Source: Hamiltosporidium tvaerminnensis FI-OER-3-3 (taxonomy: Eukaryota > Fungi > Microsporidia). From it: a DNA stretch of 64,000 nucleotides. Within the stretch, counting starts at the first letter, position 1. Every line of letters starts with the position of its first letter. The notes beneath the pieces were generated by a model that was not told where the DNA came from, ran no database searches, and saw only the letters and a list, made by a program, of their open reading frames with translations. Below, one piece after another: positions 37,450 through 50,378 of this stretch. The DNA lies in contig CM061249.1 of NCBI GenBank assembly GCA_022605425.2, positions 186,001-250,000 on the forward strand, written 5' to 3'. The position numbers and the translations under genes were made by a program.

Positions 37450-40190
37450 TGGTATAAATTTATTGATTTCATAAACTAATTTGGTCAAGGAAATAAAATG
37501 GCAGTTGAATGGTAAGAAAAAATTAAAAAGTTACAAATCCGATGATTATGACGCGAATTTAAATAAAAAGGTTTTTCAAGAATACAAGAAACAACCATCG
37601 CTAGCACCCCTTCCTCTCTTTTACAACACAATACCAAAACATTAAAATCGAGGTGAGAATACAATTAAAGATTTATTAGCTAAAAATCTTGTACTGTCCT
37701 AACACACTACCTTTTATTTTTTTAAACTATAGGCGGCGATTCTTCTTATTAATGAAAACCCATTTAAGGTTTTATTTGAAAAAAATACCGACCAATGAAG
37801 TTTCAGAAACATGGTTACGTAACAACTGGCCCCACAAGGACTCAAATTTCTTAAACAAAAAGTAGAAGATAACCTCTATCAGTTGGACAGGGTGCAATGT
37901 ATAGCATAATGAGTAATTTAGTTCCTACATAAGTTAGATATGGTAAACAAAATTCTATGCAACGGAACTAAAGTAAATTAAGAAAAGGCGAAAATGCGAG
38001 AAAACATAGATTTTAACTTTTTTATCTAAGCTCTGTTCTTCGATTTAAATCAATGAATACCGAATTCCGATAAAAGATTTCTAAAGAAGAAGTTACAGTC
38101 AGAAAGAAACTTAAAATCAGATGAAAACCAGACGCCTCCGAAAAAATCGGAAACAGCCATTGAGCGTTTTTTAAATGAAAATTGAAAAAATTTTGATCAT
38201 TGCGGGATCAAACCAATTGAATATATCGCGCGTATTATTCAAGATGCTTCATATTCTAGAACAAGACAATGCGCAAATGGTGATAATTTTGCTTGAAGAA
38301 AAACAATTTAGTATGAAGGGTGCCTACAAAGAGCAGAAAACAGCCCTTTTTTTATCATCTATATAATAGCACATGACTAGATAGAGTTCAAACGGACTGA
38401 TGCAAAAATCGATGATTTAATTTAGGGGATAAAGTTTATGGAATGTAAGTAAAATTTGGGTTTATTATTGAAAGATCTGAAACTTTACCACCAAACACTA
38501 TCAAAATGATAAATTGAATACATAATGACGATTAAAAAATTATTAAAGAATGATAAAAAAAATTAGAGGGAGATGGTTTTAAGTCGATCTTTATAATTGT
38601 GCATGACTCAGTCAAGCCCAATGTCAATCAAAATTTACAAAAGGTGCTGCTAAGAGACTACAAACGACAAATAGACTCGTTTTAATTGATACTATTTAGT
38701 ATTTTGGTGTCATATGGCTCACAGACTTTGTGCCAATGGGCGTAAAATATTTTTTCTTGAAAATAGAGTAAGGGTTAACAAAGAGAAATCGGCCAAAAAT
38801 AATGATTGATATGAAGAGAACGTACACCTCAAAAAATTTTGGCCTATAAATAGGTAAAAAAATAAAGCCAATAAAGAAAACCACTCAGAGATATTCGTTG
38901 AAGTAAAAAAAAATTATGATATCAGTTGAAAAAGCATTATCCAACCAAACCAAATCATATATTTTTTTCTATGCAATAAATGAGCTGCTATGTTGTTAAC
39001 TGACTATCATATATGAATACTTTTATCTTTAAAGGCATATTTCATGGATTAATATGTTGAGGAGTGTGATGTTTATAAATAAACATGCTCGTTACTGAAA
39101 AAATGTAGAATAAACATATACTCACTTAAAAATAAAAAGAGAAGCCTTTGAAGGCCTCGATAGAGAAGTGAACAAAGGCTTTGTAACTCGTAAATTGTGG
39201 GAAAAGAAATAAAAAAAATCATGCAGAAGAGCTGCAATCCTAAAGTGAAGAATGGTAACAAAATTCATCTTACACTATTTAAAGACTTCATTAGAGTAAT
39301 TAAAGATTAGAAATAGAATTGAAGATAAATATTTTAGAATAATAAATTGTGGCAAATTTAATAGCAAGATAGAAAACATAAAATTATATTTTAATTTATT
39401 TAAGACAATAAATATTGAATTAATAACTTCAAATTACTCTTCACGAGTTAAAGAACCGAGAATTTAATCACCTAGCGAATAATTATGTTGTTTCATTCAG
39501 AATAGAGAGGATTTTTTAGATATAAAAGGAATCTAGCAATCGTAAAAACTCTATAAACTCGGTGACTATTTGAAGGATAGATGTAAAACGCACCCTTACA
39601 TGTGTATATATACGCGATAATGATTTGGCTTTAGGTTTCACTTACTTATCTTAAATATATATAGGTCACCGTCTTCAACGCAATTAACTGATACTTTGAT
39701 TCTGAAAAGTGAAAATGATTGTTAGAAGTAAGATGAGACACCTAGATCTAAAAAAATACTTAAATTTTGATTAGGAGATTGTGATGTTTGTTTTAGACTT
39801 TGTAAAATCAAGTCTAACCTTACTAAGTAGAACTTCTTTCCTAGTATTCACTTTTCTTAGTTGAAACAGAAATAATTAGGGAGTGTGTCAGAATAACAAA
39901 TAATTAAGTCCCAGTGTAAACAGTAGTATGAAGATATATTTCTATGGAATACTGAGATAGTGTTGGGCTACTATTTATGATGTACCGTCTGACATCAAAT
40001 ATTTTGGATATTGAAGGAAATATTAAATAAAGCACTAAAAGAGAAAATTAAAACATGAATTCTTATTCGCTAGGTGAGCTTAGTTGTCAAAGAAATCCTT
40101 AAGAGAGTGCAATAATAGCGTCATTGTGTGTTATTGCAGGAGCTGAAAGAGATGAATAAGCACATGCTTTTATAATTACTGAATAATGGG
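37450..40190 (+). mobile_element. Ancient R4-like relic (divergent subfamily, related to 45655-49300)
   Basis: agctctgttct.cgatt.aaatc and atatcgcgcgtattat shared with ~46209/46408; agcgtcattgtgtgttatt resembles the ASMGVI C-terminus. Confidence 0.65.
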
Positions 40191-40220
40191 GAAGAAAGTT
40201 TTACACAGGTAAATATGAAA

Positions 40221-40449
40221 TTGGTTTAATGGTCTAGTGGTGAGGATATCGGAATTAATTTCTGGAGGGCCGGTTTCGATTCCTGTTTGGCCACTCTTTG
40301 TCTTTCGTAGAAGAAAGTTTGCTTTTGGCTAACAACCTATTCAATCGAAAGAAAAATGTCTTTGGAACGCCTATAACTTGGCTAGGCTATGTATCATTCT
40401 TGAATTGTGTTCCAGCTCATCCTTAGGGAAGGGCGAGCTATTAAAAAAC
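40221..40449 (+). mobile_element. tRNA-derived SINE, copy 2
   Basis: aatggtctagtggtgaggat...ggtttcgattcc; body tttggaacgccta and ttgaattgtgtt shared with copy 1; possible TSD aatatgaaa/aatacgaaa. Confidence 0.8.
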
Positions 40450-40870
40450 AATACGAAAAATATTTTATCACCTATTTTAGATGACGTAACCACAATTTAG
40501 GAACTGATAATATACGTAAATAAAGCATCCAATTACGAAAAGAAAAAAAGTGTTAAAAACGTTAAAGTTACCCTATTTTAGAGAGAATTATGCTAGTATT
40601 CCTGAATTTGATTGAAGGAGTATCAAAAGATAAAATATTTGTAAAAATTTTATATTTTATACGAAAGTTTTAATAGGTAAAATATGATGCGCTTTTTCAA
40701 AAAAAAATAGTCTAAATATTTTATTAAACTTAAATATCAAATTTGAAAATTATTTTCCACTGTTAAATATTCAATATTAGATTTTATCGCCTGAAAACGA
40801 GACCTTTTTTGAAGATTTGTTCAAAAAATAAAAGATCTAAGAATAAATGTTGGATAAATATATTTAAACA

Positions 40871-41146
40871 TTATAATTTGTTTAAAATCTTTTGTGTTAT
40901 TCTTATTAATTTTTTTCTATCCTCCTCCGATTGAATTCTATCTAGCATAGCTGATCTCACTGTAATAAAAAAGTTTCTGTTAGAATCACTTGAAAATGGA
41001 GAATTATTTGTGTTTGAATAAGGAACAAAATCAATACGTTGTAAAGATAAGTCAATAATACTACGCGAGGAATCCAAAGATGTACCACTTATGTCATTAT
41101 ATATTGCTTCTACCAATGTATAAAATATGCTTGAGATAAAAATCAT
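40871..41146 (-). CDS. Small-ORF family member 2 (91 aa, hydrophobic N-terminus, basic C-terminus)
   Basis: ATG start; paralogues at 27767 and 49550. May be a truncated pseudogene. Confidence 0.55.
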   Translation of the reverse strand: MIFISSIFYTLVEAIYNDISGTSLDSSRSIIDLSLQRIDFVPYSNTNNSPFSSDSNRNFFITVRSAMLDRIQSEEDRKKLIRITQKILNKL

Positions 41147-41416
41147 AAATTCGCGAAGTTGAATGTATAAATACTTTTTTTGAGAAAAAATTTTAAGATT
41201 TAATTTAGAATAAATACGAAAGAAAAAATAAATAGTAAAATGTTGGATGTTTAACCAAATTTTTATGGAAAAAGGTTTTCAAATTTAATTTAGAAAAATG
41301 CAAAAGAAAATCTTAAATAGCATGATTTAAATATTTACATAAACTTTTATACAGAGAATTTTAAGATTTAATTTAGAATAAATAAATGCATTTAAATGTT
41401 ATCTATTTATTCACAA

Positions 41417-44400
41417 AAATAGGTATAAGAAAAAAAAGTTAGTTGAAAAACAAAGAAATGATAAAAAAATCTGTAAAAAGCGCTGATTAAGTAGATAATA
41501 ATCAAGGTGTGGTGAAAACTGTTAGTAACACCTGCTGGCAAATTCTCTAACTTTCTCTTCTAAAGAAAATAACAGATAATAATATGCAAAACATACAATA
41601 GCACGGAAAATGGTCGAATTAAGCCTTACTCTCTCCAAAATGCCATTTTACTCTACAGTTAGAGTCACTGCGCGATAAACCATCATACATCATGACAAGC
41701 CCTCTACTCTAGCTAATCCAGAAGGTAACCGATGGATGGCCCTGCCGAAAAAAATCGATTTCGTAGCATCCGATCCAAAGGAATAGCCTCGATTTGTTTT
41801 TTTTGCAGTACAGAAAAGTTTTAAGATAGTCACAGCAAAGCTATTCAGAGCCTAACAGGTACTATAATAAGAAATTTGACTACGCCGTAAATGTCGATAT
41901 TTTCAAAAAGTTAGCCCAAATGCAGAAAGATGAAACTAAACATTAGAAGAGAATAATGAGCGATTCGAATCGCAAATTTTACAAGATCCATACTCACTGA
42001 CTGACGTACCCATGTGCATAAACCAGATAGGTAAAATTTCGAGTAAAATAAAAGAAATTTAGAAGAAATAAATTTTAAATATGATGATCCGAAACCAAAG
42101 ACACCCAAGTTAACTAGTTGAATGAAATATTTGCGTTTCATTAATCGACTAGTATGTGCATATGTTGAAACTCACGTATCTCAGTCAATTCCGGAAGCTT
42201 GGAATTCATACAAGCTGTGCAAGCATGCTATCTCGAGGCAATATGTAAAGAAAGACTAAATTCGCTCGAAAGGAAAACAAAGAAATTGAAATTTCTAAGT
42301 TAGTAAAATCCAAAAATCTTCTCGAGAAGGCTCGTAAATACGAAAATCTCTTCACCTCGGAAACAAAAAGCTTTAAGAAAATCATGCGAGTGTTTAATTC
42401 AAACTGGAGCAGTATAACTGATTTTTGCTGAAGCGGCAGTTAAGAAGCAAGAGTCTTACAATGTCTACTATCAAAAAATTACAATGCACAAAAGTAGAAA
42501 GCAATTACGAAAAAAGAATCGTATGTTTGAGCCTTTCCGGGTCGATTTTATCGAAGGTTATCTGACTGTCTGGAATCTGGGCATGTGGTTATTAGTGATG
42601 AAACTGTGAGGTTTTCGTCTACATTGCGGAATAGAAAGAATGACACGGTCACGTATGATGATTATGTGATTTCATTTGTATCAAATAATCATAGACCTAT
42701 TTCCTTCGCTCAATAAATTTGTAAGTATCATTAATTGGCTTACTGATTGAAAAGTTGCTTTAATTGATGGTGTTTAGAATTGTTTAATGATGAAATTTAC
42801 AACTTTTCATAAATATCTTGATGATATTGTGAAAGTTATATGTTTAGAAGGAAAATCTCAAGCGAATTGGTTTTTCTACGGACTTACGTATTTGATACTG
42901 AAAGAATTTTGAAGAGGCTCTGCCTATAAGTCAATCACTGCTATGTTTAACCTCTAAAAGTTAACGACAAAAGGGTAAAGAAAGTTGTTCACTCGAAATG
43001 GAAACGCGAGTGTTGCTTGCAGAGAATTAATTATGGGCGCTAATAGGTGTACAAAAGCGAAAGAACAGGCCCAACGCAACGTTGCTTTAAATTAAGAGTA
43101 TTAAAACAATCCTAAGGCAACATGGATAGATGTTAAAAAAGCTTCTGATTTAATAGATCATAGTTATTTGAAGCGAGGTATTGAAAACACTAATTTACCT
43201 GATTGGATCCCAAAATTCATTAGGGTAAAAATATCAAAATATGAAAATTAAATCTCAGTAGGACCTGAAAAAATCATGAACAAGGAGATTGAGAGAAGGT
43301 TCTGCAAAGAGAAAGTCTGTCACCATTGCTCTTTGTGTTGTGTATGGATCCTTTAAGCCAAATACCTCGTAAAAAATACACAAAAGAGACAATACAAACG
43401 GATGCAGAATCTCAAACTAACAATCATATCTTCTTACTTAGTGATCTTAAACTCTTTGGTTTTGACAAGTTCATATTGAGAGCGTTGACAGGCGCGGAAA
43501 AGAATTTTTGAAGGTGATTGGCTGGGAAATCAACAAAGAGAAGACAGCACAAACGCACTATATTGTGAAGATACTGTTACTTTTCTTATAAGAAAAGTGT
43601 CATCAGATACATTTAAAGAATACAAGAGGTAATCCAATCCCTGGTTCATTCGATGAAGTACAAAGTAAGCTGATATCAATAGATAGATGACTTTTTCATA
43701 CAAGATTTAACGCAAAAAATATATTTTCTGAAATCAATCAATCTGAGATATCGTTGATCAACTATCAGATAAGTATACTTCGTATTTAACCAACTGACTT
43801 CTCTAAGTTAGATGATGCAGTGCGTGCTAAATTGGTAAAAACTAAGCTACTTCTTCGCCTGCGATGTAAAGAGCGTTTGTATATTTCTATTAAAGAAAGA
43901 GAAGTGGCTTATCTAGTGTATGTTGCGAATCTAAAATATGCTTCTGCTACTTTTCGATGTTCAAAAAACGAATTGAGGAAATATAAACTACACGAGCAGC
44001 AATCCTCAAGGTGGAGAATAATAATTAAACTCATCTTGCACTAATAAAAGGCTTTTTAAAAGTAAAGTACAGGTTGGAGAAGAAGTCAAGAGGAAAAGTT
44101 TAGAAGAAGCTCAACTTACAAAACTATACAACAAAATAGAAAAACTAAAACTCCATTCAAAGTTATATAATGCAAGGAGAAATGAGCTTGTGGGTGTTAG
44201 TGACTCTTCAAGATGGCCAAAGAAAGGGAATATTGGGCCACGCAATGAAGCAATGTTCTATTATTGCCATGATAGAAATCTGATTAGGGAAGCAGACGGT
44301 ATGTGCTAAGCTGTAATAAATCTGGTAAAACTGTCAATTATTGAGCGAAAATATGTAAGAAAATTCTAGTCTTTATTATACCAGAAGGCATAATAAGTTT

Positions 44401-45170
44401 TTAGGTGTCGACTTCTAGTTCTGTTAAATAAATTTAAGTTTAAGTCTATAAAACGAAAGCGAAATCACTCAGCGTAAGAAATTTTTGAGAACGAGCATGC
44501 AGAGATAAGAGTGAACACCAGAATAAAAACGATGTCAAGATTAGATGTAATAGATCACAAATATTTATTTCAGAAAAGATAAAAAAAATGATACCACTCA
44601 TCGAAGTAGAAAGTACTTCTCAAGACCCACTTTAAACAGTTGAAATGAAGAAACTTAGGAAGTATGACTTGCTAGCTGCTGTTTTAGGTATTTTTTGTAA
44701 GTTAATGTTGAGATAATCTCGTATGTGATAATCTGGGATTTCATCGTGACCAAATACTATAAGTCTTACGTTAAAGAACCGCAAAAAACTACATTTCTGA
44801 AGCATACATTCAGCCGATAGTAACCAAGCACACTCGAAAAAATTTCCAATGTTACGACGACAAGAACTTGATTTGAACCTAATCCCAAAGCAGGTAAAGA
44901 GCGTCAATGAGTGTTTTCAAGCGAGCCGAGAGCATGTAGAACTAATACTTCCTGACAAAACAAGTCAGAAACGATGAAGATAGTGTTAACCATTTAAAAA
45001 CAAAAAACAACACACTTTATATGCTGGAAGGAGGAACCAAATTTGTCGAACCGACGATAAACTTAAACGAGGAGTCGGATTTAGAAGAAAAAACGGGGGT
45101 AAAAGATATAGGAGAAAATATATAAAAATGAATCAACGAAGTTATAAACCAAAATTTTATTCAATACAAT
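41417..45170 (+). mobile_element. Full-length decayed R4-like copy (intermediate age)
   Basis: Collinear with copy B throughout (catgacaagccc, gtgttgtgtatggatcc, aaacttaggaagtatgac); ends ccaaaattttattcaata. Confidence 0.92.
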
Positions 45171-45654
45171 AATACTATTTTACTGTTATTGGAGTAAGTT
45201 ATGGATTTAAAAACATTATGAATTTCTAAACTTATTTGTACAATTTTGTGAAACTTTGAAAAGTAAAAAAAATTAAGTGAATGAAGAAAAAAGCCGAAAA
45301 ATAGATTGAATTGTGTCACATTCTAATCTAAATGTTTCATTGATTACCTAACACATAATTTCTCAATTTTCTGCTGTTTTTATGCAATCTTTTTTTACGA
45401 ATTTTCGGAAGATAGGAGACGATCCAAAATTGCAAAAATAGCTGCAATATTATTTATTTGTGCCTTTTTCGTTTCTTATTGAACATAGAATATCATAAAT
45501 TAGGCGATAGTAAATTTTGTAACTACAATAATTATAACAATTGAAAAAAATTTGTTTTAAAATTTTTTATTGCTTTTAAGTTGTTTTAACGCATAAAATA
45601 TTTATCTTTCATTTACACAACTTTCTTATTTGTGAATTTGTTGTTTCCACATAC

Positions 45655-48600
45655 AAATTGGGTATAAGAAAACAAAAAAGCAAGGGAATAGTAAAAATAT
45701 AGAGAAAAAGTACAGATGCTTTCATGATGAATTTACTTTAACGGTTTGGTCAATCGCATGAATATAATTAGTCGCTGAAATTCCCGCCTCCTTCTTCTTA
45801 ACATGAAACAAAGCCTAAAACCCAAACTTAACTACACGACACACATTTGATGCCAAAATCATATATTCGCGCAACATATACCTCTTTCTTCTGTTGTATT
45901 ATCTTGCGGTATATATTGCATAGCCTGATGAACTTTTTACGGTTAATTTTTTAAAAAAGCCGTTAATAGTACCGCTGAAAATCCTGTTTGATAAATACGA
46001 ACAGCAAAAGGCATGAAATTTTTCGCAGTGCAGAAAACTTAAGAGAAATGGCTCTGATGTGCCGAAGGGCTCCATAAATACTTCAAAAGTAATTTAGTTG
46101 CTCCGTAACGAGCAATGTGAATGAAAAAAAAATCAACATACAATAAATAATTAGAAAAAAGACAAGTGAAAAATTTGAAAAGACTTAGAATCGTAACTTG
46201 TACAACCGAGCTCTGTTCTCCGATTCAAATCTTTCAATACAAAACTCGAAAAATGGGTATCTAAAAAATCAAAGTAACATTTCAGAAAGAAAGATGAAAG
46301 TAGATTAGAACTGAAACGTTCCTAAATAGATCGGAGGGAAAACATAATGCATTCCATTAATTTAAAATTTGAAATATATATGCATAGTTTGACCAAAGTA
46401 GCTTAGAATATCGCGCGTATTATACATACCACACCTATATTTTATTTCAGTAAACCAAAGAATTTAACTCTGATCTATCTGATGAAAAATATGAAAGCAA
46501 ACTTTTTAGTCATTTTTTAGAGATCTCTTTGGTAAAATAAAGGAAGAAAAAGTCGCCGGAAACTCTAGTAAAAAGCCTTAGGCAACTCAATTTTCTTCAA
46601 CTAAAGTTCTCGAGGAAAATTTTTTTTTGCGACCTTAGTTTGGAAAAACGAGTTTAGATGTTGGGAAAGGTATATTACGATGTATCAAAATATTTTAAAC
46701 GAAAAATAGTTCATTCATTCGCGCATTTTATGGGGTTGGCTTATCGTGATCATTCTGAGGATATTTTATCGGGATGTACGCGGTATTGATGATATTATAA
46801 GCTTTCTTTAACGACTTTGCTAAAAAAAATGTTCACTTAGTCCCAACTATGATCTTATGGTACTATTTTTGAATGAATATAATCTGAGCTATATTCAATC
46901 AACACAATGATTCATAAAAATCCTATAATCTCTTATTAACATGAAGGTTGCCGAATTAGAATTTTTAATTTCCTCTTAAAAAATTGAAATAAATCCCAAA
47001 ATTTTCTATGATATGATAAAATTTGTTTATAGCAAATGAAGGACTCGTTGGTATAATGCTGAATAAGCTATTAAAGCCAAAAAATCGTTCATCAGAGGGA
47101 TTCTATATAAGATCGAACATTTGTATAGTCTAACAGCGTATTTAAAGGCCAAATTGGGAACAATTGTTGTTATAGACGAATTGAAAGAATCTATTTCTAG
47201 CGGAAAAATAATTTGGCAAGATAAGAAGTGTACAAAAAGCCAAACGCAGGCTTTTTTAAATGTTGCTTACATGAATAGTGTAGAAATAAATATAAATCGA
47301 CATAAACTGACGTAAAAAGCCGATCATCGATCACTTAAATTTGATCGAAAGCATACAAAATCAAGACTTTATTGATTATGTCGTGACATTTACCAAAAAA
47401 CACTGTAAAAATGATAATTGATTAAAAATCTAAGGCACAAATAAATTATGTGCAAGAAGAGTAAAAAAATCTAAAATAGCATGTTTTAGGCGCAAAATCT
47501 GGTATTTTTGGTTACCTAGCCAAGCTCTAATTCAATTAGAATATAAAAAGAGTGCAATACATGTAGCAGGAGGTAGAACGAACTATCTCCTCTTCATTGA
47601 TAATAAGATACTCTTGCTGTCTCATGCTTATCTTTATTCTTAGTTACATACGAATTGCAATATTTCTATTCAATACTGAGTTTTAAATTACGAAAAAAAG
47701 GTGCCAAATTTAAACGTGTTGCGAAATACTGCTAGGCCTTTAAGAACGAACTTTTATACATATTTAACAATAATAGAAGCTAATAAATACCTTAGGTTGA
47801 AGCTTAAGAATGAAGGAAAAGAGGGATTAATATTTTGAGCACAAAAAACCTTGGAAAACCAAGGTAAAGTAAAGATTTTTTTCTAAGTCACAACTGGAAA
47901 TGTTTTACGGATGAATCAATATGCTTTGGGGGTACTTTGACTTGATGCGTCTATTTTTTTGGACTAGTATGATGTGATAAAAGTAGTGGTAAAGAAGAAA
48001 AACCCTCATCGTCGTGAAGATGAAAAACTTCTTTGATTATTCAAATTTAAACTATATAGGGCTATTATAGACTACGGTAGCAAATTAAACATATTCTTTT
48101 GCAACTCTTGCGATATAGGAATTTAAGGAGAAAAAATATCTACCAAGAGGAGCCATCTTTAAAAAAGAAAATGAATACGGAACACCCTTTGTACTAATAA
48201 AAAGCTTTTCTTTTATACTATAGATTCAAAAAAGAAACGGAGTCAGTAATGCAAGAATAAAATATTCTAGCGAATTTCTATTGCAAGATAGAAGCAACAA
48301 ACTACATTGCAAATACATATTTCAAGGAATATTGAATTAACAATTCTTTTTTATCTTCATGAGAACCAAATAAATAAACAATTGATTAAATTACGTAATG
48401 TTATTTTTATACTTTCAGAATAGAAATGGTTTTTCGTAACAAAAGAAAACTAGAAATTGTTCAAAGTCTATGAAGTTTCGAAAAATTCAAAGTTAAATGG
48501 TAAATATTTTGAGCATAAGTATACTGTGTGTCACGTGAAGTTATCAATGCCTCAATCTACTTATTATAAATGAATATTAGTTACCATTTTAAGTACAAAT

Positions 48601-49300
48601 TAAGTGTCAACCTAATCGAAAAATATGTCAAAATGAGTATTCCTAGATGTTATGAGACATCTAAGATATAAGATCATAATGAAAATTGAATAAAACTACA
48701 GATATTTATTTTAAAGAAAGGTAAATCTTAGTTGATCTTTACTTTATTAAAAATCACCTCTGCTGATCAACTTTCTTAATTCCCACAAGGAAAATTGAGA
48801 ATTGTATTGTATTAACCAATTATTAGGTTTTCTTAGTAACAGGAGTATAAAGATTATTTCTTATGAAATAAAAGGGGCTGTGTTCTAATTAATCTTAAAA
48901 GATTTATCTTAAAAGACTACAAATAGATTGAATGTAGATACTTAAATTGAATCCGTAGTACCAAAAAAGTCAATCGAAGGGATTTTCTTTGATCGAAAAA
49001 AAATAACTTTAGGATTAACCAAATGCCAACGAGAGTTGGTAAAGAGCGTCATTGTGTCGTATTGAAAGGTCTGGGATTCTGAAACACCCCAACCTCCTTA
49101 AAATAATTAGAAATGGTAAGATAGGTGAAAACAAGTGAATACAAAAAATATTGCCGCACCAATTTAATTACCTAACCACATAAGCTACCGAAATAAAGGT
49201 TATAACTTGTTAGATTTTTAGGAAGAAAATAAATGGTGTAAAAGGTGAAAATAATCATTTTCAAGCGCGAAATATTATTCTGAGGTGAATTTATTAAAGT
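45655..49300 (+). mobile_element. Ancient R4-like relic (divergent subfamily)
   Basis: Start ttgggtataagaaaa; KAAG..IYNF-like block at ~46945; gagagttggtaaagagcgtcatt (ESWERAS-like) at ~49031. Confidence 0.7.
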
Positions 49301-49549
49301 CCCTATAAAACAAATAAATTATTCTAAAAACCTTTGCTTTAATAGAAAGTTTAAACAAGTAAAACATAACGCTTTTTTTAAAAAAATAATAAATTTAATT
49401 ATTTTAATTACTTAATTTCTTTGGGCGGAAAGGTATGTTTATTTATATATCAACCATAAGTGATTTTATTTCATGAATAAACGATTATGTTATTGAAAAG
49501 TTTTCAAAAATGAAAAATTAAAAAATTACAGATAAGATGTGAGCAAATA

Positions 49550-49823
49550 TTATATTCGATTTAACGCACTCTTTCTACTTTTTTTGCATTTATTTCTGTC
49601 CTTTTCTGTTTGAATTATATCTTTAAAAACTGATTTTAGCGAGGAAAAAGTATTTTTATTAGAATCACTTGAAATAGGGAAATCTTTGTGTTTGCATAAG
49701 AAATAATCCAATATTTTGCAAAGATGAATCAACTGCACTAGGAGAGCCATTGCTACATGCAATCGTCATTTCTTTATATATTGTCACTATCAAAATACAA
49801 AATAAACATAAAACAAAAATCAT
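49550..49823 (-). pseudogene. Small-ORF family member 3 (frameshifted)
   Basis: PISSDSNKNTF; ATGATTTTT start and upstream aaaagtatttata shared with member 2; similar 3' flank. Confidence 0.65.
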
Positions 49824-50140
49824 GAATCTTAAAATTTGAATATAAATACTTTTTATAGGTAAATTTTTATGATTTGATTTGAAAAAATTGATGCATTTAA
49901 TTGTAATGAAATTTTAATCTGTTGCTAAGTGAACTATATTCTTGATAAAACTATAATTATATTATGAACCGAGACAAATATTATAACGAATAAATTAATA
50001 ATCGTTACGAAATCTCTAAAATTAATAATTACTGAAAATGAAATAAAGCTATAAAACATAGAAATTACGATTTAATTTAAATTTGAATACATCCCATGGC
50101 TAATTATTTTAATTTATTATTGGAATTGATTATTACAACC

Positions 50141-50378
50141 TCATTCATTCATCTTTGGCACTATAGCTCTGCACAAACCTTAACCTCTTTCAGTAATTCT
50201 ACCAAGTGGTATTTTTACAATAAGTTTGATTGCTTTTTTAGTCCGTAATACGGTGGTTTTTAAGATGGATCATTGGCCATACGCCTAAACCCAGCCTAGA
50301 AGACCAGTATCTTTTAGTCGCCTCTTACAAAAGGCAGAGAACGCTTCAGATCAATTCTGCACCCGAGATGGTGGGGAA
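50141..50378 (-). mobile_element. Bipartite RTE-like short element, copy 3
   Basis: tcattcattc tail, ttttagtcgcctcttac; TSD tattacaacc (50131-50140) / tattacagcc (50379-50388). Confidence 0.82.
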
